Assembly: GCA_964406075.1 (NCBI GenBank)
Contig: CAYOQI010000005.1
Location: 14,021 to 78,020 of the forward strand
Origin: an uncultured Pseudomonadales bacterium
GTDB lineage: Bacteria; Patescibacteriota; Microgenomatia; UBA1400; PJMF01
Direction: 5' to 3'
Length of the DNA stretch: 64,000 nt
Shown: positions 1 through 8,467 of the stretch, piece after piece
How positions within the stretch are numbered: position 1 is the stretch's first letter
Layout of the letters: each line of letters starts with the position of its first letter
The notes under the pieces: generated by a model
Seen by the model: the letters and a program-made list of their open reading frames with translations, nothing else
Told to the model about the DNA's origin: nothing
Databases searched by the model: none
Translations under genes and position numbers: made by a program

Positions 1-180
1 GGAGTATACTTGATGGGGTATAGTATTATTCGTTTCTCTCTAGAGTTCTTGAGAACTGAAACAGCATATTTTGGGAATAATTCGGGTTTCTTGTCAATTA
101 TGCAATGGCTCATGATTGTCGCATTTTGTTCGGGTTTGTATTTTTTCTTTATTTATCAACATCAACAGAAATATGATTAA
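1..180 (+). CDS. lgt: prolipoprotein diacylglyceryl transferase, C-terminal fragment (5' end lies outside the window)
   Basis: Frame 1 is open from the window edge to TAA at 178-180. The translation GVYLMGYSIIRFSLEFLRTE...SIMQWLMIVAF matches the conserved C-terminal G-x-Y-x-GY-x-x-x-RF-x-x-EF-x-R block of Lgt. It is absent from the ORF track because no start codon lies in the window. Confidence 0.6.
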   Translation, partial: GVYLMGYSIIRFSLEFLRTETAYFGNNSGFLSIMQWLMIVAFCSGLYFFFIYQHQQKYD

Positions 181-727
181 AAAAATTGTAATATTTCTTT
201 TTATTTTTCTTTGTATCTTTGGAATTGTTTTCTTGATTGATTTATTTGTCATTCAGCCGAAATCAACAATTTCAGAATTATCAGTAATAGCCGAACCATC
301 AATTGTTACTCAGTCACCACAGACTGAGCCAGCATCGATATACTCAAAAAACCCGAACTTGCATCGAATGGAGATAGGAGAGCAGGTTCTCTATATAGAA
401 GTAGCTGACACACCGGCAAAACAACAGCAAGGTTTAAGTGATAGAGATGAGTTAGGTGCGGATGGAATGTTATTTTCTTTTCCAGTTCCAGCTCAAACAA
501 GTTTTTGGATGGTTGATATGAAATTTGATCTTGATTTTATTTGGATTAAAGATGGAAAGGTATTTGAAATTACGCCAAATGTTCCCCATCCAAGTGTTGG
601 TGTCCCGACAAACGACTTACCGACTTATCGAGCAAGCAGTCCTGTTGATGCCATGTTGGAAGTGAATGCAGGTTTTGCTCAGGCTAAAGGCATTCAAGTG
701 GGTGATGTAGTGAAGTTGATTAAATAA
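173..727 (+). CDS. DUF192-family protein with N-terminal membrane anchor
   Basis: The ORF track gives 116-727. I prefer the ATG at 173 (MIKKIVIFLF...), which overlaps the lgt stop as ATGATTAA. The block A-D-T-P-x-x-x-x-x-GL-x-x-R-x-x-L-x-x-D-GMLF ... FWM-x-x-M-x-x-x-LD-x-IWI is typical of DUF192/COG1430. Confidence 0.7.
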   Translation: MIKKIVIFLFIFLCIFGIVFLIDLFVIQPKSTISELSVIAEPSIVTQSPQTEPASIYSKNPNLHRMEIGEQVLYIEVADTPAKQQQGLSDRDELGADGMLFSFPVPAQTSFWMVDMKFDLDFIWIKDGKVFEITPNVPHPSVGVPTNDLPTYRASSPVDAMLEVNAGFAQAKGIQVGDVVKLIK

Positions 728-753
728 AAAATTTTCAGAAAAAAGGTTTGAAG

Positions 754-1356
754 ATGAGCACAGAATTCGGTCAGGTTATCGTTTTTACCGGTGAGGGAAA
801 AGGAAAAACTTCAGCGGCACTTGGAACTGTCATTCGTGCCTTAGGGAATGGATGGAGAGTGGGTTGGGTTGGATTGTATAAGGAGAAAAGCTGGAAGATG
901 AGTGAAAGTGAGTTCTTCGCTTCCCTACCTTCAGAGTTTAGAAATAGATGCGAATTTATCCTGGCGGGAAAAGGTTTCTATATTGCTAGTGCCGGAAAAA
1001 AAAATTCAAAGTTGAAAACTGCTCCAGTGAATGACCAAGTTGTAATTGATGATGATTCTCCAGAGACTCATCAAAAAGCAGCACAACATGCATTAGAAAT
1101 AGTTGAAGAAATGTTGAAACACGGTGATAAACAGTTGATTGTAGTTGATGAGGTATGGAATGCAGTACATGATCAACTTATTTCTCTGCAGTCGGTGATA
1201 TCACTCATTCAGAATAGAAAACAAACCCACTTAGTATTAACGGGGCGTTATTTTCCTCAGGAAATTATTGATCAAGTTGATGTGGTAACTGAAATGAAGA
1301 AGGTAAAACATCCTTTTGATCAAGGAAAAAATGCTATTAAAGGATTAGATTTTTAA
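754..1356 (+). CDS. cobO: ATP:cob(I)alamin adenosyltransferase (CobA/CobO/BtuR family)
   Basis: P-loop VIVFTGEGKGKTSAALG and the C-terminal block VLTGR...VD-VTEM-x-x-VKHPF-x-x-G-x-x-A-x-x-G-x-x-F are colinear with E. coli BtuR as I recall it. The ATG at 754 follows an AAAGG Shine-Dalgarno; the track starts at TTG 748. Confidence 0.85.
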   Translation: MSTEFGQVIVFTGEGKGKTSAALGTVIRALGNGWRVGWVGLYKEKSWKMSESEFFASLPSEFRNRCEFILAGKGFYIASAGKKNSKLKTAPVNDQVVIDDDSPETHQKAAQHALEIVEEMLKHGDKQLIVVDEVWNAVHDQLISLQSVISLIQNRKQTHLVLTGRYFPQEIIDQVDVVTEMKKVKHPFDQGKNAIKGLDF

Positions 1357-1436
1357 GAAAAGTAGATTTTTATTCATAAACAAAAAGTAATTCCTTTCTT
1401 CATCACGTCGTCCTGATTTGATATGATAGGCAAGTC

Positions 1437-2036
1437 ATGACAGATCCCAAATTACAGACTCTTGCTCCAGTTTCACCAATAACTCCCCTACCTCAGGTAG
1501 CAGAGGAGCCTGTTGGTCCACAAGCTCCGCAAACAGCTTCGACTCAGATTCAACAACCGTTTAGTCAAGATGAAGATCAACGTCCAGGTACTGCGACACA
1601 AGTACTTTCTCAGGCATTGCTGAGTGAAGACCAACCTATACAAGTACAGTATGGATCGACAGGAAAAGAACAAGAAGCATTTGCAAACTCTCAAGAATGG
1701 GAACTCCCATCGAGTATCAGTGCGATTGAGTATGAACCAGTTCCAGAAGTTTCACCGGAAGTGGAAAAGTATGTGACTGCAGTTCAAGATGATCCATCTG
1801 ATTTTCCACAAGAGGTCGTCATTGCCGATAACTCAGTCTCGTCAGGTGTGCAACCTCATTATGTGGCAAAGCCAGTGATTGTGCTTCCTATGACGAAAGC
1901 AGAGCTTGAGGAAGGACTGAAGCAATCTAATGAGAAAAGTGCTCGTTGGTTTGCTGAATGGGCAAATAAGATTTGGAAAATGTTTTCCGGAGAGGTTGTG
2001 TATCAGGATGATGCAAAGCTCTCTAATCAACACTAA
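1437..2036 (+). CDS. hypothetical protein, Pro/Gln/Glu-rich, no TM
   Basis: 199-aa ORF. Its stop lies 2 nt before the start of the VirD4-like gene, suggesting translational coupling. I recognise no motif. Confidence 0.5.
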   Translation: MTDPKLQTLAPVSPITPLPQVAEEPVGPQAPQTASTQIQQPFSQDEDQRPGTATQVLSQALLSEDQPIQVQYGSTGKEQEAFANSQEWELPSSISAIEYEPVPEVSPEVEKYVTAVQDDPSDFPQEVVIADNSVSSGVQPHYVAKPVIVLPMTKAELEEGLKQSNEKSARWFAEWANKIWKMFSGEVVYQDDAKLSNQH

Positions 2037-2038
2037 AT

Positions 2039-4372
2039 ATGCAAAATTTTGATGAATTAATGGCTCGAGGACTTTTTTTCGCTGCAATGCTTGGCGTTGT
2101 TCTGATTTCAATTTTGGGTGCAGTTGTTTTTTTATACATGATCTTTCAGTGGTTAAAACACCGAAATAAAGAGAAATACTCCTTAGATTTTGTTACTTTA
2201 ATTGTATCTTTACCAAAAGATAATGAAATTAAGATTGATGCAGCGGAGCAAATGTATGCTTCTTTGCACTCTTTACGGAAGACAGGGATGGAGTCCTGGT
2301 TTAAATCACAAGACCATATTAGTTTTGAAATTGTGGCATTGAAGGAAGAGATTAAGTTTTATGTCTCTGTTCCAAGAAATTTACGTGATTTAGTAGAAAA
2401 GCAAATTAATGGTGCCTATCCTGATGCCAGGATTGAAGAACATGACGAAGTGAATATCTTCAATGAAAATGGTCGAGTTGCTTTTACTGCGCTAAAATTA
2501 AAAGATTCCGACTTTTATCCTGTTAAGACATATAAAGACCTTCCAACCGATGGACTCTCTTTGCTCACTTCTGCGTTGTCTAAAATGCAAGAAGGTGAGG
2601 GGGCTATTGTGCAAATCCTGATTCAGCCAGAAGGAGAAGGATGGAGAAATCGAGGCTCAAGTTATTTAAGTAACACTAAGAAAAAGGAAGCCGATCCAGA
2701 GAAAGCATCATATAGTAATGATCCGAAGAAGCTCGACAGTATTGATAACAAAGTGAATAAACCAGGTTTTAAAACCAGTATTCGAATTGTAGTGTCTTCT
2801 CCATCTGAGCGTGCCGCCAATTCACATTTAAATAATATTGTCAGTGCGTTTGCCCAGTACACTTCCCCATTCAACTCTTTTGTTCGCTCAAGGATCTGGT
2901 TCAAACAATTGTTCATGATTGATTTTATCTATAGATATATGCCGATGTGGAGTCGAGGAGTTTTTATTCTTAATTCAGAAGAGTTAGCTACTGTTTTTCA
3001 CTATCCAAATAAAACTGTCGAAACGCATCATATTCATTGGTTGAAAGCCAAGAATGCTCCAGCACCAGAAAATATTCCTCAATCAGGAATGTACTTAGGA
3101 AAAAGTTTATATCGAGGGACTGTGAAAAAGATTTTCATTGGTGAGGATGATCGTCGTCGACACATGTACATCATCGGAAAAACCGGAACTGGAAAATCTG
3201 AGTTCCTGAAAGAAATGATTCTTCAAGATATAGAAGCAGGAAAAGGTGTTTGTGCTATTGATCCTCACGGTGAGTTTGTGGAAGACCTTTTACAGTTGGT
3301 TCCTCCTGAACGAGCGGAAGATATCATTTACTTTAATCCTTCTGATATAGAGCGTCCAATGGGTATGAATATGATGGAAGCTTATTCCGAAGAAGAGAAA
3401 CACTTTGTTGCTTCATCGATTATTGGTTTGATGTATAAACTGTACGATCCACATAAAACTGGAATTATTGGGCCACGATTTGAACATGCGATTCGAAATG
3501 CCATGTTAACAATTATGTCCAAGCCAGGAGGAACTTTTATTGAAATGGTGCGTATTTTGACTGATGCGAAGTTTGTTGAGGAGATGCTCCCCTTTGTAAA
3601 AGATCCCATTGTTCGCCGATATTGGACTGATCAAATTGCTCAAACATCGGATTTCCATAAATCTGAAGTTTTGGATTACATCGTTTCTAAATTCGGTCGT
3701 TTCATCACCAATAAAACCATGAGAAATATCATTGGTCAGTCTGAGAGCGCTTTTAATGTTCGAAAAATTATGGATGAACAAAAGATTTTATTAGTAAACC
3801 TTTCTAAGGGGAAACTTGGTGAAGAGGACGCAAAGTTCTTAGGTTTGATTCTGGTTCCGAAAGTACTAACCGCAGCAATGAGTAGACAGGATATTCCGAT
3901 GGATCAACGTAAAGACTTTTATCTGTATGTTGACGAGTTTCAAAATTATGCGACGGAAGATTTTGCGGTCATTTTATCTGAGGCTCGAAAGTATCGTCTA
4001 AACTTGATCGTTGCAAATCAATTTGTGAGCCAGATTGATGAGGATGTTAAAAATGCAGTTTTTGGTAACGTGGGAACAATTGTTTCCTTCCGAGTTGGTG
4101 TTCCTGATGCGAACTTCTTACAACATGAATTTGCTCCGGTTTTTTCCGAAAATGACCTAGTGAATATTGAAAAATATCATGTATACATACGAACCATTGT
4201 GAAGAACGAACCAATTCCGCCGTTTAGCATGTCATTAATGAAAGACATGGATGAGCAAAAAGCACGGATGAATCCAAAATTAGCAGAAATGGTGCGAGAG
4301 TTATCAAGATTGAAGTATGGACGTCCAAGAGAACTGATCGAGGAAGAAATGAATAGAAGAGCAAAGTTGTAA
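2039..4372 (+). CDS. membrane-anchored FtsK/HerA-superfamily ATPase, VirD4/TraD/TraG-like coupling protein
   Basis: N-terminal TM (GLFFAAMLGVVLISILGAVVFLYMIF), Walker A YIIGKTGTGKSEF, Walker B-like FYLYVDEFQNY, and the downstream ARKYRLNLIVANQ motif typical of TraD/TraG-type coupling ATPases. Confidence 0.65.
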   Translation: MQNFDELMARGLFFAAMLGVVLISILGAVVFLYMIFQWLKHRNKEKYSLDFVTLIVSLPKDNEIKIDAAEQMYASLHSLRKTGMESWFKSQDHISFEIVALKEEIKFYVSVPRNLRDLVEKQINGAYPDARIEEHDEVNIFNENGRVAFTALKLKDSDFYPVKTYKDLPTDGLSLLTSALSKMQEGEGAIVQILIQPEGEGWRNRGSSYLSNTKKKEADPEKASYSNDPKKLDSIDNKVNKPGFKTSIRIVVSSPSERAANSHLNNIVSAFAQYTSPFNSFVRSRIWFKQLFMIDFIYRYMPMWSRGVFILNSEELATVFHYPNKTVETHHIHWLKAKNAPAPENIPQSGMYLGKSLYRGTVKKIFIGEDDRRRHMYIIGKTGTGKSEFLKEMILQDIEAGKGVCAIDPHGEFVEDLLQLVPPERAEDIIYFNPSDIERPMGMNMMEAYSEEEKHFVASSIIGLMYKLYDPHKTGIIGPRFEHAIRNAMLTIMSKPGGTFIEMVRILTDAKFVEEMLPFVKDPIVRRYWTDQIAQTSDFHKSEVLDYIVSKFGRFITNKTMRNIIGQSESAFNVRKIMDEQKILLVNLSKGKLGEEDAKFLGLILVPKVLTAAMSRQDIPMDQRKDFYLYVDEFQNYATEDFAVILSEARKYRLNLIVANQFVSQIDEDVKNAVFGNVGTIVSFRVGVPDANFLQHEFAPVFSENDLVNIEKYHVYIRTIVKNEPIPPFSMSLMKDMDEQKARMNPKLAEMVRELSRLKYGRPRELIEEEMNRRAKL

Positions 4373-4479
4373 TCTTGTGAAGTGTGCTTCCACAATGCAC
4401 AATCCATAATTCAATGTATAATTTCCCCTATTCTTGCTGAAATGTATAGCATCGTATCCCTTATCGGGTACGTTATTTA

Positions 4480-4553
4480 GGGCACGTGGCGCAATCGGTT
4501 AGCGCAGGAAGCTTATACCTTCAAGGTTCCTGGTTCGAGTCCAGGCGTGCCCA
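4480..4553 (+). tRNA. tRNA with anticodon UAU (reads AUA, Ile); no encoded CCA
   Basis: Hand-folded cloverleaf. Acceptor GGGCACG/CGTGCCC with A73, U8, D stem GCGC/GCGC with GG in the loop. Anticodon arm GGAAG-CTTATAC-CTTCA has U33, anticodon TAT, A37 and a G27-A43 mismatch. Variable loop is 5 nt; T arm CCTGG-TTCGAGT-CCAGG. Confidence 0.8.
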
Positions 4554-4809
4554 CAGCGTAAACAATTGTTTAATAGCGACTTGCTTCTCAGTAATATTCT
4601 CACCTTCGAACAATGCAGAGTTTCCTATTTATAAATACTTTTAGTTTCAATCCTCATCTGATTTGGTTATGGAGCTCTTTAAGCGTTGGCATATTCCTTT
4701 AAATGGTTGTCAAACATCTAAGTTGAAAGAGGTGATCGTAAGTAAAAACAAGCTGAATTTAGTTAACTAAATATTTCCGCATACGAAGATAGACTTTAAA
4801 ATCAAAATT

Positions 4810-4838
4810 AAAAAGCCGTACATACGTACGGCTTTTTA
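4810..4838. terminator. bidirectional rho-independent terminator
   Basis: AAAAA-GCCGTAC-ATAC-GTACGGC-TTTTT: a 7-bp GC-rich stem flanked by an A-run and a T-run. It sits 20 nt beyond the stop of the last gene of the minus-strand surface-protein operon. Confidence 0.75.
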
Positions 4839-4857
4839 ATTTAATTCATTCTTTTAT

Positions 4858-5907
4858 TTAGAGTACAAACATGAATCCGAGGATTCCAATGATGACTACT
4901 ACTGCACCAGCAGTCAGGATCATCAATGTTGGTGTGCTGTTTCCAGCTTCAGGTAATCCAGTTGGAGTTGGTTTTACTGTTGGAGTAGGAGTGGCATCAC
5001 ATTCTAAGACAGTTACAGGAGGTGAGATACTTGTTTCAAAACAGACTCCGTTCGGATTGATAGTGCTTCGAGCACTTATTCTGGACCGATAGGTACCAGC
5101 GGGTAATTGAGTGACGTACTGACATGTTCCAGAAGCGCAGTTGAATGCACTAGCATCTGTCCAAGTATTATCAATAATGACCTGATTATTTTGATCTAAG
5201 ATGTCAATCTCATACTGATTAGCACCTGCTAAAGCTTGCCATCTCCAAGTTATGGTTGTGGTGGCTACTTCATCAGGAACACATGCTGGTGTTGCCGGAT
5301 CAACTGGTGCGACAGGTGGACAAAATGGTGTACCTGTCGGACTCGGACTTGGTGTGCGTGTCGGACTCGGTGATGGAGATGGAGTTCTGGTCGGGCTAGG
5401 GGTTGGAGTCGGTGTTCTGGTTGGACTTGGAGTCGGACTTGAGCCACCTGTGCCTGGAGTTGGGGTGGGTGTTGATGAAGTAGTAGGTGAAGGTGTAGGA
5501 CTTGGTGTGCGTGTTGGGCTAGGGGTTGGAGTCCTTGTGGATGAAGGTGTAGGAGTTGGAGAAGCAACATTAAAAATAACAGTACATACAGAATTAGTTA
5601 TGGGGTCACCAATAATACAGCCATTAGGAGAACAAATGGCGTCAGAACCCGCACAAGTACTGAGTACGCAGGTAGAGGTTCCATCATTATTATGATCTGC
5701 ACAGATAAAAGGAGATTGGCAACCGGCAGTGGTTACACAAGTTGCACCACACTGAGCTGGCGAGGGAGGTGTTTGGGCTTGTTGTCTCACATCTTGAGAT
5801 CGAGAACTGAGTAGTACAGAAGCAATAATTCCAACTACGAGTAAAAACAGACCAAGTATACCTAAGATAAATGTGGGCTGGTTGGTTAAAGATGTAGTTT
5901 TTTTCAT
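4858..5907 (-). CDS. surface protein P1: N-terminal TM, Cys-rich module, PT linker, FN3-like domain, C-terminal LPEAG + TM anchor
   Basis: Start moved to the [13 protein letters not shown] at 5907, which overlaps the P2 stop as [15 protein letters not shown] follows the TM. The PT-rich tract contains [13 protein letters not shown]. The C-terminus is [11 protein letters not shown] followed by a 22-residue hydrophobic tail. Confidence 0.75.
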   Translation of the reverse strand: MKKTTSLTNQPTFILGILGLFLLVVGIIASVLLSSRSQDVRQQAQTPPSPAQCGATCVTTAGCQSPFICADHNNDGTSTCVLSTCAGSDAICSPNGCIIGDPITNSVCTVIFNVASPTPTPSSTRTPTPSPTRTPSPTPSPTTSSTPTPTPGTGGSSPTPSPTRTPTPTPSPTRTPSPSPSPTRTPSPSPTGTPFCPPVAPVDPATPACVPDEVATTTITWRWQALAGANQYEIDILDQNNQVIIDNTWTDASAFNCASGTCQYVTQLPAGTYRSRISARSTINPNGVCFETSISPPVTVLECDATPTPTVKPTPTGLPEAGNSTPTLMILTAGAVVVIIGILGFMFVL

Positions 5908-6827
5908 TGTTGTTCCCAAGGTTGGCAAGATGCTGCATCAGGTCCAGAGCACAGTCTACACTGAGCTCCATGTGGACCACTTTGAGTAATGGTGTATGGC
6001 TGAGATACATTTGATTGAAGTGAGATTGGTTGAAGGGTAATCACACTTCCACCTGGAAGACCAATTCTGAATTCATATCTGTATGTCCCTGCCACATTTC
6101 CACAAGTAAAGGTAACTGGTTGTCCAATTGCAGGGTTGGGTGGAGTCATTTGAAGAGAGATACAAATTGCCAATGGAGTGGCAGTTGGAACTGCACTTGG
6201 AGATGGGCTAGGCGTTCGAGTCGGACTTGGTGTAGGAGTAGCAGTATTAGATGGGGTTGGAGTCGGACTAGGAGTTCTGGTCGGACTCGGCGTTGGAGTA
6301 CTTGTTGATGTACTCGTAGGAGATGGGCTAGGCGTTCGAGTCGGACTTGGTGTAGGAGTAGCAGTATTAGATGGGGTTGGAGTCGGACTAGGAGTTCTGG
6401 TCGGACTCGGCGTTGGTGTAGCGGTATTTGATGGGGTTGGAGTTGGAGAAGAAACATTGAAAATAACCGTACAGAGTGCTGCAGGTGTCGGACTAGGTAA
6501 CCCAGCAATACAATCACAAATAACCGTACTGCCATCCCTTAAAAATTCTTGACAGCTTCCAGATTGTCCTCCGACAGTTTGACAAGAATTTGCCGTTCCA
6601 ACCACATCACCATTACATGAGTTACTTGAAGTAGTACTAGAATTACTTCCTGTACAAGTAACAGCAGGTGGAGTGGTAGGTGCCACCTGAGCTTGTTGTC
6701 TCACATCTTGAGATCGAGAAGATAAATAGGTGGCAGCAACTATTCCAGCAACAACTAATATCAAACCAATAATGGTTAATATTGATTTAGAGGAGACTCC
6801 GACAGTAGGTTTTGTTGCTGATTCCAT
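5904..6827 (-). CDS. surface protein P2: N-terminal TM, Cys-rich module, repeated PT linker, C-terminal CQPWE domain
   Basis: Start moved to [10 protein letters not shown] (ATG 6827), 1 nt after the P3 stop. The TM is followed by [11 protein letters not shown]. The linker repeat is [18 protein letters not shown]. The C-terminal ~90 aa (...[16 protein letters not shown]...GAQCRLCSG...CQPWEQQ) is homologous to the ends of P3 and P5. Confidence 0.75.
   Translation of the reverse strand: MESATKPTVGVSSKSILTIIGLILVVAGIVAATYLSSRSQDVRQQAQVAPTTPPAVTCTGSNSSTTSSNSCNGDVVGTANSCQTVGGQSGSCQEFLRDGSTVICDCIAGLPSPTPAALCTVIFNVSSPTPTPSNTATPTPSPTRTPSPTPTPSNTATPTPSPTRTPSPSPTSTSTSTPTPSPTRTPSPTPTPSNTATPTPSPTRTPSPSPSAVPTATPLAICISLQMTPPNPAIGQPVTFTCGNVAGTYRYEFRIGLPGGSVITLQPISLQSNVSQPYTITQSGPHGAQCRLCSGPDAASCQPWEQQ
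6199..6420 (-). repeat. tandem 120-bp coding repeat (2 copies) in the P2 PT linker
   Basis: 6199-6296 is identical to 6319-6416 (98 nt). There is one mismatch at 6297 versus 6417, and the following 3 nt are identical again. Period is 120 bp, or 40 codons. Confidence 0.9.
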
Positions 6828-6828
6828 A

Positions 6829-8454
6829 TTAATTTGAGATTTCCCAAGGTTGACATGTACTTGCTGCACTTCCTGTACAAATTCGACACTGTGCCCCGTG
6901 CTGGCCACTTTGATTAATTGTGAAAGGCTGAGAAACTCTTGATTGAGCTGAACTTGGTTGGACTGTGACTAAAGTGTTATTTGGTAAGCCCACTCTGAAT
7001 TCATATCTAAATGCTCCGGCAACGGCACCACAAGTGAGTGTTATTGATTGGTTAATTGTTGGGTTAGGTGGTGTCATAGTTAAAGATACACAGACTGGTC
7101 CAGGAGTAGCCGTGGGGGAAGGGCTTGGAGTAGGTGTTCGAGTTGGAGTCGGGGATGGGGTAGAGGTTTGGGTCGGGTAGACACAGAAGTTGTCATAGGC
7201 GACACCCCAGTTGGCTTTTGTACCTTGAGGGATGACATCAACGTAAGCAATCGGACTACTTCCGATTAAGGTGATTGGATAACTTCTTCCATCAAACTGC
7301 ATATTACCTGAGGCAGCAGCGACAGTCAGTGTGGTCACTAATTGATTACTGGCATTGTAGGCATTAATGATTGACCTTTCTCCATTGTCCACATCAACTA
7401 AGTCAAAGATGAAATCATTGCGTCTAAATCCACTTGCAATACTAATTCTGACCGGACAAGAGAAGCTTTGAAGGTCAGAAGAATCAGTCATGAACGGACT
7501 TTGAGCTCGATCACCAGGATAGGTTAAGTCTGGGAAACCACCAACTCCAGGAGAGGTTTCTTGACCTTGAAAGGCAGTTCGAGGAGCACCAGCTAAAGCA
7601 ATACGAGGACCAGAGGTAGCAGCACAAGCATCACGAGTTTCTTGGGTAGCAGCAAGCTGAGGTTGAAGAGAGAAACTTAAACCAGTCGTTGCTTGATATT
7701 GAGTATTTAACAGTAAGTTATCAGCAGGAGCAGAACCATCATCTAATCGGCTTAAATCGATACGAGATCCGGTACACACGACTGGAGTAGGTGTAGGTAC
7801 ATTGGTAGGAGTATTTGTGGGTGTATTGACCGGAGTATTAACAGGTCCTGGAGTTGGAGTGTTTCCACCAGTCCCAGGTGTTGGTGTAGCTGTAGGTGTG
7901 TTCGTGGGTCGAGGAGTAGGAGTATTTCCTACAGGACAGCACGCAAACCCACCAGTTTCGCTACATTCTTGTTGATTTCCTCGTAAATAATAACCATTTG
8001 AACAATCAAATCCTGGTTCAGCACAAATTCCACCTGTACATAACGGTTCAGTATCCTGAATATCACAAACACATCGACTAGGTTCAGCGTCAAGGACACA
8101 CAATCCATTTTGACCTCCGACACTACATCCACTTCCCTCATTTTGACCTAAACAGACTGACTCAGAACCACTTCCACAAACGACAGTATATACCTGTGCT
8201 TGTTGTCTCAACTCGGTGTTTTTATTTGCAAGAAACATTGCACTTGCTACTCCTACTGCCAACAAGGTGAATACCAATGCCCCAATTAATAAATTGGGTG
8301 ATAAGGAAGGTGTTGATTTCTTTGAACGATTATCAGAATGAGATGAACTTGAATTAGATTTTGATGAAGAAGTAGAAGAACCAAACTTCTTTTCGAGCTC
8401 GTCAAGTATTTCCTCTATAGATTGATTATTAGTAGTTTTGGACGGGTTCGACAT
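6829..8454 (-). CDS. surface protein P3: cytoplasmic N-tail, TM, 14-Cys module, PT linker, ~200-aa unknown core domain, CQPWE domain
   Basis: 541-aa paralog of P5. N-tail motif [22 protein letters not shown], Cys-dense block [20 protein letters not shown]...FACCPVG, then the core [17 protein letters not shown]...NFCVYPTQ. It ends ...RYEFR...AQCRICTG...CQPWEISN. Confidence 0.8.
   Translation of the reverse strand: MSNPSKTTNNQSIEEILDELEKKFGSSTSSSKSNSSSSHSDNRSKKSTPSLSPNLLIGALVFTLLAVGVASAMFLANKNTELRQQAQVYTVVCGSGSESVCLGQNEGSGCSVGGQNGLCVLDAEPSRCVCDIQDTEPLCTGGICAEPGFDCSNGYYLRGNQQECSETGGFACCPVGNTPTPRPTNTPTATPTPGTGGNTPTPGPVNTPVNTPTNTPTNVPTPTPVVCTGSRIDLSRLDDGSAPADNLLLNTQYQATTGLSFSLQPQLAATQETRDACAATSGPRIALAGAPRTAFQGQETSPGVGGFPDLTYPGDRAQSPFMTDSSDLQSFSCPVRISIASGFRRNDFIFDLVDVDNGERSIINAYNASNQLVTTLTVAAASGNMQFDGRSYPITLIGSSPIAYVDVIPQGTKANWGVAYDNFCVYPTQTSTPSPTPTRTPTPSPSPTATPGPVCVSLTMTPPNPTINQSITLTCGAVAGAFRYEFRVGLPNNTLVTVQPSSAQSRVSQPFTINQSGQHGAQCRICTGSAASTCQPWEISN
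7175..7764 (-). repeat. 590-bp perfect repeat, copy A (inside P3)
   Basis: By eye, base-for-base identical to 10517-11106 (offset 3342). Both flanks become mismatched within a few nt. Confidence 0.85.
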
Positions 8455-8467
8455 GGTAATCAGTTTT

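Noticed and set aside
4669-4770. A 33-codon ORF (MELFKRWHIPLNGCQTSKLKEVIVSKNKLNLVN) in the tRNA-proximal spacer.
   Set aside because: It has no Shine-Dalgarno and no recognisable motif. It ends inside a palindrome, so it is likely chance.
5252-5695. Long antisense ORFs translating as GVGVGLGV... opposite the PT-rich linkers. Others occur at 6030-6552, 6965-7180, 9201-9494, 33802-34068 and 34177-34524.
   Set aside because: They are mirror images of ACN/CCN-rich Pro/Thr codons on the coding strand. They are low complexity, have no start context, and are fully contained within better-supported genes.
5904-5907. Alternative genetic code (UGA recoded, as in SR1/Gracilibacteria).
   Set aside because: TGA terminates well-supported genes exactly at ATGA-coupled junctions (5904-5907, 24270-24273, 30923-30926, 18119-18122). 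The conserved proteins (GroEL, LepA, PBPs) have no in-frame TGA.
6199-6420. Periodic repeats that could be mistaken for a CRISPR array.
   Set aside because: The period is 120 bp with no unique spacers. The repeats are in frame inside a PT-linker coding sequence, and no cas genes are present. I noticed no other array-like pattern in the window.
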